Shown piece after piece: positions 11,631-25,689 of a stretch of 64,000 nucleotides of DNA (positions are counted from its first letter, which is position 1; every line of letters starts with the position of its first letter). Position numbers and translations under genes: made by a program. Where the stretch lies: contig OX597826.1 in NCBI GenBank assembly GCA_951406725.2, positions 58,156,001 through 58,220,000 on the forward strand, read 5' to 3'. The notes under the pieces were generated by a model. That model was not told where the DNA came from, did no database searches, and worked only from the letters and a program-made list of their open reading frames with translations. The stretch comes from Octopus vulgaris (lineage: Eukaryota).

Positions 11631-13135
11631 AACAACAATCAAGATGAGGACAAATATCCGTCAAATGTAAATAATGTAAGTAACGAAACTATCTGTCCTT
11701 ATGTCACATTTTTTTTGTCATGCACCTCACTAAATAAATGAGAATTGTAAGCAGAGAAACTGTCATCCAGCAAATTCATAAAAGTGTTTCGAAATTTCGA
11801 GGTCAAAAGTAATTAATAGTTACAATAGCAGTATTAATACCAAAGGATAGTCTTGATTTCCACCTTTACAAGGACGTTATGTTAAAATATAGAATACTGT
11901 GTTATTTCCCCTGAAAAGATCTCTCATAGAGACTCATGGTACATAAAAGCACTCATATTTATATCATTGATGGAGGAGAATCGTATGTTACGGGCGCCGC
12001 AGATGCCAGATCGCGTAATGTCCAGCAGCGTGATAACAGCCGAATCTCCAGAGACTTTTTTTATACTAGTCTGGAGAAATTCAAAGGAATTAGAAGTTAA
12101 TATTTTCAGGTGATAAAAGTCATCTTGTGTAATGTCACATACATCATACAGTTTTTGGATTCTCTTCAAAACATTCAACATACATTCCAGGTAAAAACAA
12201 AAAAAGAATTTGTTTAATACTTGCATGGACAGTCAAACTTTATTGTGAAACATTAATCAATACATTTATTGTAAATGCTTAAGATTTATAGCACAGATAT
12301 TTTATATATATGTGTCTTTGGCTGCCACGTAAGTCACTTGAGAATAGCCTATATACAAATAAGCAACATCAAAGAGCTTCAACCATCGTAGTGTATTCTC
12401 AGATTGTTCTTCACTTTGCAAAAATGGATTTCTACTATCATCCTCTTTCCCTCTCCGCCGACGAAAAGAGCTTCAGATAATTCTTTTACACATCCGCCAT
12501 ACCATCATCATCCACCTTTTTCAAAAAGTTTTGACTTAGACTTCTAAAATATCTTTGGTTCTTCCATTCCTGCAACTCTTTCTATTCGTGTGATACTTCT
12601 TGAAGAATAAAACAGAAGTTTTTTTATCTCGATACTTGGCACCAGAATTGACGTTTCTAAAAGTCAGCACATCTTTGGCAACACCCACTGGCTTCAGGAA
12701 TAATTAGTTTTTGGACAAATGTCTAGGGTGGATAGACACAGCTGGCCGAACAAATTGACAAATACGTACATACATACATACATACATACATACATACATA
12801 CATACACACATACATACATACATACATACACACATACACACACACATACACACATACACACATACATACACACACATACATACATACATACATACATACA
12901 TACATACATACATACATGCATATGTACATGCATATATACATACATACGTACATTACATATACACACACACACGTGCGAACATACTCACGCACACATGTTA
13001 TATACATACATATGTGTGACAGTATACATATATACTTATAAATATGTACATACATACATACATAGATAAATACATGATACACATGTGTGTCTGTATATGA
13101 ATGTATGTATGTACGTGTATATATATACACCCATT

Positions 13136-13195
<60 letters not shown>

Positions 13196-13334
13196 TTGAA
13201 ATTCACACATGCTAACACACACGCACACAAACACATATATGTACAAACATCTATAGCATATGTATATATGTTCTGCTGATACATATGGTTGTTCATACTG
13301 ACTAGACAGACTTGAAAATCAAATCAAATACCAT

Positions 13335-13372
<38 letters not shown>

Positions 13373-13503
13373 GCACATATATGTTTACACACATACACAC
13401 ACTCGTTCATACACAATCTTCGACATTGTGATTCTGGTAGTCAGATGTACTATGACGAACCGAAAGAACTTCGTCAGCGGAACAAACATAAGTAAAGAAA
13501 GAG

Positions 13504-13562
<59 letters not shown>

Positions 13563-13849
13563 GAGAGAGAGAGAGAAAATGAATGAGAGTGAGAGATCGA
13601 ATAAGAGACAGAGCGAGAGTGAGAGAGGAGATAAGGAGACTGGATCGATTGTGTGAGACAGTAAAATTGAAGTGAAACTGAAAAGAAGAAACAATACGAA
13701 CAGACATGACAGGAAACAATATTTTGCAGATTTTTTTTCTTCGTTTTTCAATTTTACTTTGTTGTAAAACTTACTTTAATGACGGCATGATGACCGTACT
13801 TCCTGTCTATGTCTCTCAATGTCTGACTCTTCGCTTTTGTTCTATCCCT

Positions 13850-13862
13850 TTCTGTCTTTCGT

Positions 13863-13893
<31 letters not shown>

Positions 13894-14430
13894 GTTTTCT
13901 TTCTTTCTATTTTCTTTCTTTCTTTCTTTCATTCTGTCTATTTTTCCTTCTTTCTTTCTTTCCTTCTTTCTTTCTGTCATTCTTTCTTTCTTTCCATCGT
14001 CTATCTTTCTTTCCCTCCTTTCTTATTTCCGTTTCCTTTCTTTCTCTCTTTCTTTCTTTTCCTCCTTTTTTCTTTTTACTTTCGTTTTCTTCTTTCTTTT
14101 TTCTTTACATCATCTTTCTGTTATCTTTCTTTCTGTCAATCTTTCTTTCTTTCTTTCTTTCCTTCTTTCTTTCCTTCTTTCTTTCATTGTTTCTTTCCCT
14201 CCTTTCTTATTTCCGTTTCCTTTCTTTCTCTCTTTCTTTTCCTCCTTTATTTCCTTTTCCTTTCTTTCTCTCTTTCTTTCTTTCTTTCTTTTCTTTTCTT
14301 TCTTTCTTTCTTTCTTTTCTTTCTTTCTTTCCTTCTTTCTTTCTTTCTGTCACAGTCTCCCTCCTTCCTTCCTTACTGCCCTCCTCTCTCCCTCCGTCCT
14401 TACCTCTTTTCCTTCCTCCTTCTCTCAGTC
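13850..14430. repeat. Degenerate (TTTC)n polypyrimidine tract with internal duplication
   Basis: Seen directly; the block CCCTCCTTTCTTATTTCCGTTTCCTTTC occurs twice. Confidence 0.9.
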
Positions 14431-14800
14431 CTCTCCAATTCTTGTCATGTCTTCTAAAAAAAAAAATAAAGCAAATGGATCTCTATCAGTTTCTACGATG
14501 AGGATCCACTTGTTATTCCCAGGCAGAATAAGTGTGTGACACAGGGTGTAAGAAGGATGAAACTTTATGATTCCATACAATGGGCTTCTGCACAGTTTCT
14601 CTCTAGACAATTTCATGGACGTGCCTTTGATCGACCGAAGCCTATGATAAAACATACATAGGGAGATCGAATCTGGGATTTCTCGATTGTGAAGCGAAAT
14701 TCAGAAACATACAATATACATTTGTTGATAAGTATACACACATGTATGTATAACATTCTTCTGCTTTCCATCTCTCTCTCTCTCTTTCTGTCTGTCTGTC

Positions 14801-14847
<47 letters not shown>

Positions 14848-14857
14848 TTCTATATAT

Positions 14858-14929
<72 letters not shown>

Positions 14930-16749
14930 GTATGTATATATATATATAAGCATACACACGCATATATATATATCTATTATTTGAGTGTGTCTGCGCGTGT
15001 GCGTGTGCATGTGTGAATATATGTATGTATGTATGTATATCGTTAAAGGCACGAAATTGCGTTAGACTCACTGACCGATAATTGATGAGGAGTTGAGAAC
15101 CTTCTGTGTCTTTTTTTCGTTTGTGCATTTATTATACCTTTTTGGCCTTATTATATATATATATATATATATATCATGCATACATGTACATAATATGTAT
15201 AATATATATATAATACATATATATACATGCATCTGCACATCGCAAAATCTCTTGCCTTCTTTTGTTCTTGGTTCATTTTCTTTGTCACTGTCTTTCTCTA
15301 TCTGTCTCTGTCTGTCTTTCTCTCTGTCTTTGTCTCTGTCTCCGTCTCTCTCTCTCTCTTTCTCTTTCTCACTCTCTCTCTATCCTCTCTTTCTCTCTTG
15401 AAATGTCGAGACGCTGTAGGCTGAGCTAAAGCAATACTGAATGAATCGGAGGATCGCAGATTCGTATCTTAATCAGCGCTGATACACGTTACGCATTCGT
15501 ACGAATTCGACCCAACGCAGACGATTTTCTCATCATCGCTTTCAACCTAGTGAAACAGTAACCAAATGTCTGTGACACAAAGTCACATTGAACAATTCAG
15601 TCCTAGCTGCACAAATGACGGAATTGTCATGTCTGAAACGCTTTTGATCATAGGTGTACTTGAACAACAACAACGACGACAGCAACGCTTAGCTCTTTAC
15701 GCACACTTTGGTACAAGTCAAAACGGCGAAACATAACAGCTGAAAGCAATGATGAGTGTAGCACTGTTAAACTGACGACTGTTTGCATTCGATTTCTTTT
15801 GCTTGCCATTTACCTTTTGATTGTATCGAGGTTTATTAATGGTAGTGTTCTGAAAAACATAGAGGTAGGTGCGGTGGGTGGAAGAACAGCTCCAGAAGAT
15901 AGGATTACTTAGCATAAATTGCATGAAAAACAACTCTTTCAGTAACAGACAATGATTAAAAATAAAACAGAGCAGGGACTCCGCACAGAGGGAGAGAGGA
16001 AGAGAGAGGAGAGACAAAGAAAGAGAAGAGGATAAAGAAGAACGTTGTAACATCGCCTACCGGATTCGAACGGCGTTCGTTTTCTGTAAAACGTTGAGCT
16101 GTCCTAGACATTGCATCTCGGCGATTGTAGCTAATTATAGACGTAACTAGCAGGCAATCAAAAGGAGATCTAAATCTACGCAGTATCAAGCAAGATATGC
16201 TATAGAACTAGACAGAATATTTGCTTGTATGTATGTCATTATTCAGTTATATTTCAAGATTTCTTGCCAATAGAGAAAGATCCGGTTTCTAACCTAGATC
16301 CTAGGCTCCTTCGTAGGAATTTTAACATCAACAACAGAATATTTTTGTATGTGTGTATATGTACATATTTGGTTGTTTTGTTTCATTTATGTCTCCTCAT
16401 GCATATAGTTGCATATCTAGACATGCTCATATATACTTAAATGATAAACTTCTGGGAAGTTTTACAGATTTTTACAGTTCCAGTGATGGATTCGATCATC
16501 GAATCAGCTTCCTCCTTTTTGGTATTGAGAAGCCTAATTTCTCAAGATTGGCATTTAGATAGTGAATAGCATATCCCAGTACCCAAATAATTACTGGTAT
16601 AAACCTGAACTTGTAATCTGGATAGATTAACTGCAGATTTCTCAATAGTTCAGCATAGGTGTTCTCTTTTTCACTGATCTTTAGCTTTATGTTAACATCC
16701 GCTGGCAGCTAATTTCCAAAACTGTACACAGTTTCTCTCCTCTATGTAC

Positions 16750-16807
<58 letters not shown>

Positions 16808-17301
16808 ATATATATTTGTATGTATGTATGTATGTATGTATGTATGTATGTATGTATGTATGTATGTATGTATGTATATATGCGCCCGCGCATGTATATC
16901 TGTATGTATGTTTTCAAGCACAGCAATGTAGAAGAGAAAACGGGCGAGGTTGAGAGACGATATAACCCAGTTGATCTCCATCATCTTGACAGTGGTGTAT
17001 AAATGTGAGCAACAGGCTGGTTGTTGCTTTTGGCATGCTGAGCCACCTCTTAAACACATTTTGGATTGTTCATGATTCTAAACGTTGAAATGCTGTCAGG
17101 AAAGAAGGAAGCAAAGACAGAAGATATAAAAAAAATGTAATGTAAAAAGAAAATAGCGAAAAATGGGATGGCAGAGGTATTACGCGCACGCGCAAACACA
17201 CATACACACACATGCACACATGTATATACACGCACAAACATACATACATATATACTTGTATGAATATATGTATATATATATTAATATGTACACATATATA
17301 C

Positions 17302-17343
<42 letters not shown>

Positions 17344-17559
17344 AATATTTTTAAAAATATATATTTGTATAAAAATATATAAATATATATAAAAAAAAAA
17401 ATATATATATATACATACACATCCATGGGCGTATATGAGTGAGTGCATGTATGTGTGTGTGTGTGTGTACGAGCGCCCAACGGACGGAAACAGCTAAAGG
17501 AAAAAATTGAGGAACTGTGAGAATGATTGAAAATGACTGAGTAAATGAAATTAGAAACG

Positions 17560-17647
<88 letters not shown>

Positions 17648-17649
17648 TG

Positions 17650-17701
<52 letters not shown>

Positions 17702-17705
<4 letters not shown>

Positions 17706-18960
17706 GTCATTAAGAATGAAATGTCCGGTTTTGAACTGGAAGTTTATTTTACTTTATCTCAACATAAAGCAATGCAATTAATGAAAGTATGCACCTAAAT
17801 TACCAACACAGTTTTGCCATTTTATCGGTAGCTTATTTATGCCGGCAGCGAAGAATTCTGGAGAGCAAGAGCTGATGAAATCTTCGAAAGTCTGTTTTTG
17901 CATCTTCTTCAGATTTGAAATTTTTTTTCCTTGAAAAAAGTTGTCTAATGCCTGAGAAACGTGATAGTCAGTTGGTGCAAGGTCTTGTGCATATGGTGAA
18001 TGACAGTGTATTTCCAAGTTCAGTTCCTGTAACTTGAGTAGTGTTCTTTGTGCAACATGTGGTCAAGCATTATCTTGCAAGAGAATTGGCCCCTCCCTAT
18101 TGACTGACCAATCTTGATTGTTTAATTGCAAGTTCACTCATCATTTCATCCAATTGGTTGATGTATACATCCGCTGTAATTGACTTATCAGGTCTCATGA
18201 TAATGTAGTGGATGACACCAACGCTGGACCACGAAACAGAAACCATTAGCTTTTTTTGGTGAATATTCTCTTTGGATTGTGTTTTGGCACGTCGTTTCTA
18301 TCCAACCACCGTGCAGAACGCTTGCTGTTGTTGAAAAGAATCCATTTTTCATCACACGTAACAACACGATGCAAAGATGGTTCGCTGTTATGCCATAGCA
18401 GCAAAGAGCAGCAAGTTTCAAGATGACGTGCCATTTGATGTTCGTTCTGTTTGTGTGGTACTTACCTGTCCAGCTTGACGATTTGTTTCAGATGGTCCAA
18501 TACAGTTGGAATCGAAACATCATGCCTTGCTGCTAACTCACGCGTAGTTTGAGACGTGCCTGCTTCCACTACAATTTTCAGCTCATCATTATCCACCTTA
18601 GTCTCGGGTCTACCAGGGGGCTGATTTTTAAGAGTAAAGTCACCAGACATGCAGTGTACTCATTCGCTACATCTTCACCATACACCTCATTGTTAGTTCG
18701 AGCTGTCTGAGACGCATTTTTTCCACGACGGAACACATATTCATAAACCTCACGAATTTTTTATCTATCCATGGGTTCACAAAAATTGATTTAAAAGAGA
18801 AAACTCACAATATAATCAGACACCATGAATTGCATTTCAAAAAGCGATGATGTAACACTTCAGTGTTATAAACAAGGAATTGTCAGGATAAAACGTTAGA
18901 GTTAATGACTGTCAAACTTGGTGCATAAGAAATTCAGACACTTCATTCTTAATGACCTGA
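17702..18960 (-). mobile_element. Full-length decayed mariner transposon (cecropia/Hsmar1-like)
   Basis: TIRs TCAGGTCATTAAGAATGAA(A/G)TGTC at both ends, TA TSD, about 1.26 kb. Confidence 0.93.
17778..18772 (-). pseudogene. mariner transposase pseudogene
   Basis: MDR*KIREVYEYVFRRG, GRPETKVDNDELK, *VPH, VTCDEKW, QDNA, SPYAQDLAPTDYH; several stops and frameshifts. Confidence 0.92.
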
Positions 18961-18962
18961 TA

Positions 18963-18963
18963 C

Positions 18964-18994
<31 letters not shown>

Positions 18995-18996
18995 TG

Positions 18997-19030
<34 letters not shown>

Positions 19031-19265
19031 TGTATGTATGTATGTATGTATGTATGTATGTATGTATGTATGTATGTATGCATGCATGTATGTATGTATG
19101 TATGTATGTATGTATGCATGCATGTATGTATGCATGTATGTATGTATGTATGTATGCATGCATGTATGTATGCATGTATGTATGTATGTATGTATGTATG
19201 TATGCATGTATGTGTGTATGTATGTATGTATGTATGTATGTACGTATGTATGCATGTATGTATGT
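18963..19265. repeat. (TATG)n/(TGCA) microsatellite
   Basis: Seen directly. Confidence 0.95.
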
Positions 19266-19658
19266 ACAATGATGCACGTGCTCAAATACACATGAAGGTA
19301 TGGCTGTGTGGTTAAGAAGTTCTCTAAGCAACCACATGGTTTCGGGTTCAAACTCCTACCGCACCAACATTGTGAGTAAATTCGGTAGATGGAAAGCATG
19401 CGAAAGCTCATCCTTTATATATTTTCATCTGTTACTCATTTCTGTTATTGGAGCGCGGCAATACTGGAGCATCATCACCTTGAAGGGTTTAGTCGAGCAA
19501 AGCCAGGTAGTTACTCTGTCGGTTTCTTCCGTAGAACTGTTAAGTAACGGTAACATAAACAAAACGACAGCAGTTGTCAGTCAGTGCAGGGGAGATACAA
19601 ACACAAACACAAAGACATACACAAATGCATTCATACATAAGCATGCGCACATACATAC

Positions 19659-19717
<59 letters not shown>

Positions 19718-20225
19718 CATACATGCAGACATACACATACGTATATATATCGATATTCCACAATGTTCCCTTTGATATTCATTCCCAAAGAATTAGTCGG
19801 TCCAGGGCTATAGTAGAAGATTTTTGTCCAAGGTGCCGCGCAGAGGGATTGAACCCGAGACCACATGTTTGCAAAGAGCTTCTCAACAACACAACATTGT
19901 GTGTGTGTGCATCGTTGTTGTTTTTATGTTGGTCTCAACTGCTTGAAAACCGGTGCTAGTTTGTTTATATCCAACAACTTAGTGGTTCGGCAAAAGAGAC
20001 AATGGAATAAGTGCGATTCTTAAAGAAAAAATGTAGGCCAATTAGTGTTACACGAAACTCGGAGTCGTGACTATCGTTTGTTAGTATGTCACAGACCTCA
20101 CCATTTTCCTATAGTTAAGAGGTTTCTTTGTTTTCGCTAAGAACCACAATAAATTATGTGTGCGTGAGGTAGGGGTGTCTGTGTATGTGTATATATGTAT
20201 GTATACATACACACATACACACACA

Positions 20226-20279
<54 letters not shown>

Positions 20280-20315
20280 TACACACATATATATATATAG
20301 ACATATACATACATA

Positions 20316-20530
20316 CGAGCGGGTGCTGAAAAGTTCTAGGCTTTAAAGATATCGCGAAAGGCTTGATGGAGATCCAAACCTCTGAGTTCCTAAACAGGGT
20401 TTGGAAAAACTGAAGGACCTCTGTAATAAGTGTGTGAATCTGAGAAGGGAATATGTTGAAGAAAATCTTAATCAACCGACCCTCCTGTATTTTCTTTTAC
20501 CCAAAGCCAGGAACTTTTCAGCAATCCCTC
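20316..20530. mobile_element. mariner-derived MITE (about 215 bp)
   Basis: TA|CGAGCGGGTGCTGAAAAGTTC ... GGAACTTTTCAGCAATCCCTC TIRs; homologue at 61379-61585. Confidence 0.85.
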
Positions 20531-20692
20531 AATTACGCATACGCACACACACACACAAGGCAGTCCTCCACCATGGCCCCAGCTTTTACTGAAACCAGTA
20601 AAAGAGTAAAAGAATATATATATACATACATGCACATACACAGACACACACACGCACACACACACAATACACACACACACATATATATGTAT

Positions 20693-20809
20693 ATGGTTCC
20701 GGGTTCAGCCTCACTACGTAGCACCTTGGATAAATGTCTTCTACTATGGCCGCTAGCCGACCAAAGCCTTGTGAATGGATTTGGTAGACAGAAACAGAAA
20801 GAAACCCAT

Positions 20810-20856
<47 letters not shown>

Positions 20857-20864
20857 GTGTGTGT

Positions 20865-20927
<63 letters not shown>

Positions 20928-21120
20928 TGTGTTTGCCTCCCCCCATTGCTTGTCAGCCAATTTTAGTGTGTTTGCATCCACGTAGCTTGGCGGTTCGGTA
21001 ACAAAGACCGATAGAATAAGTTTACAAAGAATGAGTCCTGTGGTCGATTTGTTCGACTGAAGGCGGTGCTCCAGCATGGCCGCAGTCAAAATGACTGAAA
21101 CAAGTAAAAGAATAAAAGAA
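20693..21120 (+). mobile_element. Family B SINE, 5'-truncated, with (TA)n expansion
   Basis: Similarity to 34038-34449. Confidence 0.85.
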
Positions 21121-21124
21121 TATA

Positions 21125-21186
<62 letters not shown>

Positions 21187-22874
21187 GTATGTATATGGGT
21201 GAACAGAAATAAAATTAATATAATAAAAGATTGATAAAAGAAACGGAAAAGTAAAGAATATAACAACCAATGACGGAAGAAAACATTGATGAAATACGAA
21301 GGGCAGACGAATAAAAATTGGTTGAAAAGCAAGAATTTATGTTTACTTTGGAACAATTCAATATAAATCTTTCAATCTATATATTTCTGAAGTGGAAATC
21401 GCATTTCGCTGCTTGACTGTCCATTAGGGTGAGGAAAAAGAGAGAGAAAAAAAATCATGTCAGTAATGCTGTTTTCACGGAGTTAGTTTTAGCTGTGTAA
21501 GCGGCTGGTATCAGCCTGAGTAGACAGGCATTGGTGTTGGAGGTGTCGAGGCCTAAAGCTTCGCGCATGCGTACAACGAGGGCAGCATATTATGGAGTAA
21601 TTTGCTAGAGGGCGAACAACTAAAATTCGTGGGAAAAGAAGTAAAGAGCAGGAAAGAAATAAGTAAATGAATGTAAGAGCATAAGAATAAACATAGAATA
21701 AAAGATAGATATAAAATAAAAGTAAAGTATATTTATTATGTAAAAATAAAAGCCAAAAGGATTCTTCATTACAGACGACATATCCAATTTGAAAACGTCA
21801 AAATACGATTCATTTTCAAGTGGAAATATCATTTGAAGAGAAAACTCAATAACAGTGGCTTTTTGATTAATGAAAAATTTGAACCGGGGCTAAAAGATCA
21901 GACGCAAAACAGAGTAGGTAGCGAGGAAAGTAAACATATGTGTGTTAGTAGAGAAACGTCTAAGTTGTCAGTCATTTCGTTGCTTGGTTCTATCTACTTG
22001 CTGTGATGGCACTCAAGTAGAGAAAAGGAGAGAGAAAGGGAGTGACAGAGGGCGAATGTGAAAGAGGGTGAGTGGGAAAGAGAGAAGTTTGGAAAATTGC
22101 CGAACATAATACGATTGTAATAGCGTTGGTTCTACACCTCAAGTTAGCGACGAAAATAACAAATATTTATCTATCTTTCGCAACATGTATTCTTCAGGCG
22201 CTAACCTTGTCAATAACTTAACGTAAATTCTCCACACTAACAAAACTCGCATCAACCATATTACAACAACCCCTGACTGAGAAGTTAGAATTCAATCACG
22301 GATTTTGTTATAGTTTAATCTCGCTTTTACATTTCGATGTCTTCTGTAGCTGGAGCTCCAGTTGGAAGCATCGACACAATGTCTGACAGCCGACCAAAAG
22401 GGTCAATGGTTCGTATCTGACCACACCCACGCTGTAAATCCGCGTGATTAATTATCGAGATATCAACGGTTGTGTTATAATTCCATCGCTAGAAATAGTT
22501 ATCATGTCTTGCATGCGCAGCAAGCTAGCAGTGGGAGCAGTACATAATTACGAGTGTTTCGTTGGCGTTGCGCACTGACGATTTTTAATACTCCCAAACG
22601 AGAGAACCTTACCCATTCACCTCGATTACAATTTATGCAGGATTAAAAAGCAACAGAAATAATAACATCAACGACAACATCCAGATGACGAATAAATTAC
22701 TGTTGGATCGATTACCCGCTCGGTAGTTAATTTTAGTTTCTTCTCTTGTGGCACAAACACTCTTAAGAAATTAATACATCGATAAGGTATAATCCAATAA
22801 AACACCTTGTTACTGTAACGTTAAACCAAAAACGAGAATGATTTCACCACGGATATAACAGTTGTCTATCGCAT

Positions 22875-23069
22875 ACTCTTTACTTGTTTCAGTCATCTGA
22901 CTGCGGCCATGCTGGAGCGCCACCTTTAGTCGAGCAAATCGACCCCAGGACTTGTTCTTTGTAAGCCTAGTACTTGTTCTATCGGTCTCTTTTGCCGAAC
23001 CGCTAAGTTACGGGGACGTAAACACACCAGCATCGGTTGTCAAGCGATGTTGGGGGTACAAACACAGAC

Positions 23070-23075
<6 letters not shown>
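22875..23075 (-). mobile_element. Family B SINE 3' half
   Basis: CTTTTACTTGTTTCAGTCATCTGACTGCGGCCATGCTGGAGC. Confidence 0.85.
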
Positions 23076-23112
<37 letters not shown>

Positions 23113-23123
23113 TATATATATAT

Positions 23124-24120
23124 CACGCCGGGCAAAATACTGAACAGCATTTCGTCTGTCTTCGCGTTCTGGGTTCAAATTCTACCGTGGTCGACTTTGC
23201 CTTTCATCCTTTTGGGATCGATAAAATAAGTACCAGTTGAATACTAGGGTCAATGTAATCTACTTAACCCCTCTCCAAATATTGCTGGTCTCGTGCCAAA
23301 ATTTGAAATTATCATTAGAGAGGATGGTAAAGCAGCGAGTTGGCAGAACCATTAGAGCGTCGGTAAAAATGCCATGCGGTATTTCTTCAGGATATTTACG
23401 TTCTGAGTTCAATTTCTACCGAAGTTAACTTCCTCTTTCATCTCTTCAGGGGGGATAAAATAAAATACCAGTCAAATACTGAAGTGGGTGTAAATGACAA
23501 ATAGCCTCTGTTCTCAGATCCCTGACATTATACCTAAATTTTGGCCGAATCGTTAGCACCCCAGACAATGCTTAACGGTATTTTGTTCGTCTTTAGGTTC
23601 TGAGTTCAAATTCCGTCGAGTTCGACATTGTGTTTCATTCCTTCAATATAGATTAAATAACTACTAGATGAACAATGAGGTCGATATAATCAACTTGTTC
23701 CCTTCCCTAGAATTGCTGGCCTCGTGCAAAAATTGCCGGCATTATGCCTAAATGTTGTAGAGGATGGTTTCCAGGTTTGTACGTTCTGAATTCAAATCCC
23801 ACTGGGATCAACTTTGCTTTTCATACCTCCGGGATCGATAAAATAAAACTACCATCAAGTACTGGGGTCGATATTAATGACCGTAATCTAGCGGTTCGGC
23901 ATAAGAGACCGATATAGAATAAATACTAGGCTTACAAAAAATAAGTCCTGATGTCGATTAAAGGCGGTGCCCCAGCATGGTCGCAGTCAAATGACTGAAG
24001 CAAGTAAAAGAGTAAATGAGTAAAGAGTAAATTAAGTATTGGGGTTAATTTGTTCAACACTTGAAGGCGTGCTCCAGCATGGCCGCAGTCCAATGATGAA
24101 ACATGATAAAAGATAAGAGA
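23124..24120 (+). mobile_element. Array of decayed family A SINEs followed by family B 3' ends
   Basis: Four GTTCTG(A/G)(G/A)TTCAA..TTTCAT units, then two CAGCATGG(T/C)CGCAGTC tails. Confidence 0.75.
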
Positions 24121-24199
24121 TAGACGTTCCTCCCCTATTCTTCACATTCCATTCTTCTTCCCTTTTATTCTTTCTCTTTACAAATTCACTTTTCCATAA

Positions 24200-24215
24200 T
24201 CTCTTCCCCCTCTTT

Positions 24216-24260
<45 letters not shown>

Positions 24261-24343
24261 AATGTCCTCTACGTATTTCCGCCATATTTTTCATTCATCT
24301 ATTTCTAATTCTCTCTACATCTCTTTCTCTTCCCATTTGTCTC

Positions 24344-24393
<50 letters not shown>

Positions 24394-24513
24394 TCTCTCT
24401 CTCTGTTACCTCTCTCTCTGTGTGTGTTACCCTCTTTCTCTCTCTCTCTCTCTCAGTTTAACTCCCCTCTCTCTGTTACCTCCCTTTTTGTGTGTGTTGC
24501 TTTTTTCTTTTTT

Positions 24514-24564
<51 letters not shown>

Positions 24565-25239
24565 CTCTCTCTCTCAGTTTAACTCCCCTCTCCCTCTCTC
24601 TGTTACCTCTCTTTCTGTGTATGTGTGTATGTGTGTGCTAGCTCTCTTTCTCTCTCTCTCAGTTTAACTCCCTCTCTCCCTCTCTCTGTGTGTTATCCCC
24701 CCTCTCTCTCTGTTACTTCTCTCCCTCAATTACTTTTCTCCGTCTCTTTCTCTCTCTCTATTACCTCTCTCTTTGTCCATCTCAACCTCTCTTTATGTTA
24801 CTTTATCCACTTCGATCTCTCCGATCTCTCCGTTAATATTCCCTTTACTCACAGCTCTCCTCTCGCCTTTCCTTTCCGCATTCACGAACTTTAGTCTCTC
24901 TTTCACTCTCTCACCTTTTCTTTCCCCCTCCCTTCCCTTCTACTTCACTCTCTCTTTCTTCTCTCTCTCATTCTCTCTTTCTCTCACTCTTTGCCCCTGC
25001 TCTCCCCTTTCTTCTTCTCTCCTTATCACTTTCTATTTCTTTCATTCTCCACTTCTCTTTCTCTCTCCCCTTTCTCCCACAATCCACCTGCCATTCACTT
25101 TCCCCTCTCCTTCTCTTTCCCTCTTACGTTTTTCTTTCGCTCCCTACTTCTCCCTCTCTTCTTTCTCTTTCTCTCTCTTTCAACCCCACTTCTTTCTTTC
25201 TTTCTTTCCTTTCTCACCTTTCTTTCTTTCTTTCTCTCT

Positions 25240-25318
<79 letters not shown>

Positions 25319-25355
25319 CTCTTTCTTTCTTTCTTTCTCTCTTTCTTTCTCTCTT

Positions 25356-25424
<69 letters not shown>

Positions 25425-25540
25425 CCTCCGCAATATTTTCCTCCCACCTACACAATCCCCTCTTTCCTTCACTTTCTCCCTTTCCCTCTCACCTTTTCTT
25501 TTCTCCCTTTCTCCACCTCACTCCCACCTCTTCCCCTATT
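24200..25540. repeat. (CT)n/(TTTC)n polypyrimidine tract including 3 copies of a CAGTTTAACTCCC unit
   Basis: Seen directly. Confidence 0.9.
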
Positions 25541-25689
25541 GATTAAGTGCCTCGACTAAGAGAACGTGGCTCAGTCGTCAGATATTTATCAATGGCTTTC
25601 ATAAGATGTTGCGATACGACGTCAGTTGTTTGTCAGATTTACAGCCAACCAATAACTGACTGTTTTGGACCTGGGCAAAGACTGAGCCG

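Larger units (their letters stand above)
10126..11684 (+). mobile_element. 5'-truncated Penelope-like retroelement (Penelope/Poseidon-type domain order)
   Basis: RT + GIY-YIG remnants, 3' pLTR with hammerhead, inverted pLTR piece at the 5' end, 10-bp TSD GAAACTATCT at 10116-10125 and 11685-11694. Confidence 0.93.

Noticed and set aside
13706-14539. 277-aa Phe/Leu/Ser ORF
   Set aside because: (TTTC)n translation
21988-22025. Hairpin TCTACTTG..CAAGTAGA containing ATGGCAC (miR-183/263-like seed)
   Set aside because: Stem too short for a pre-miRNA and the seed falls in the loop
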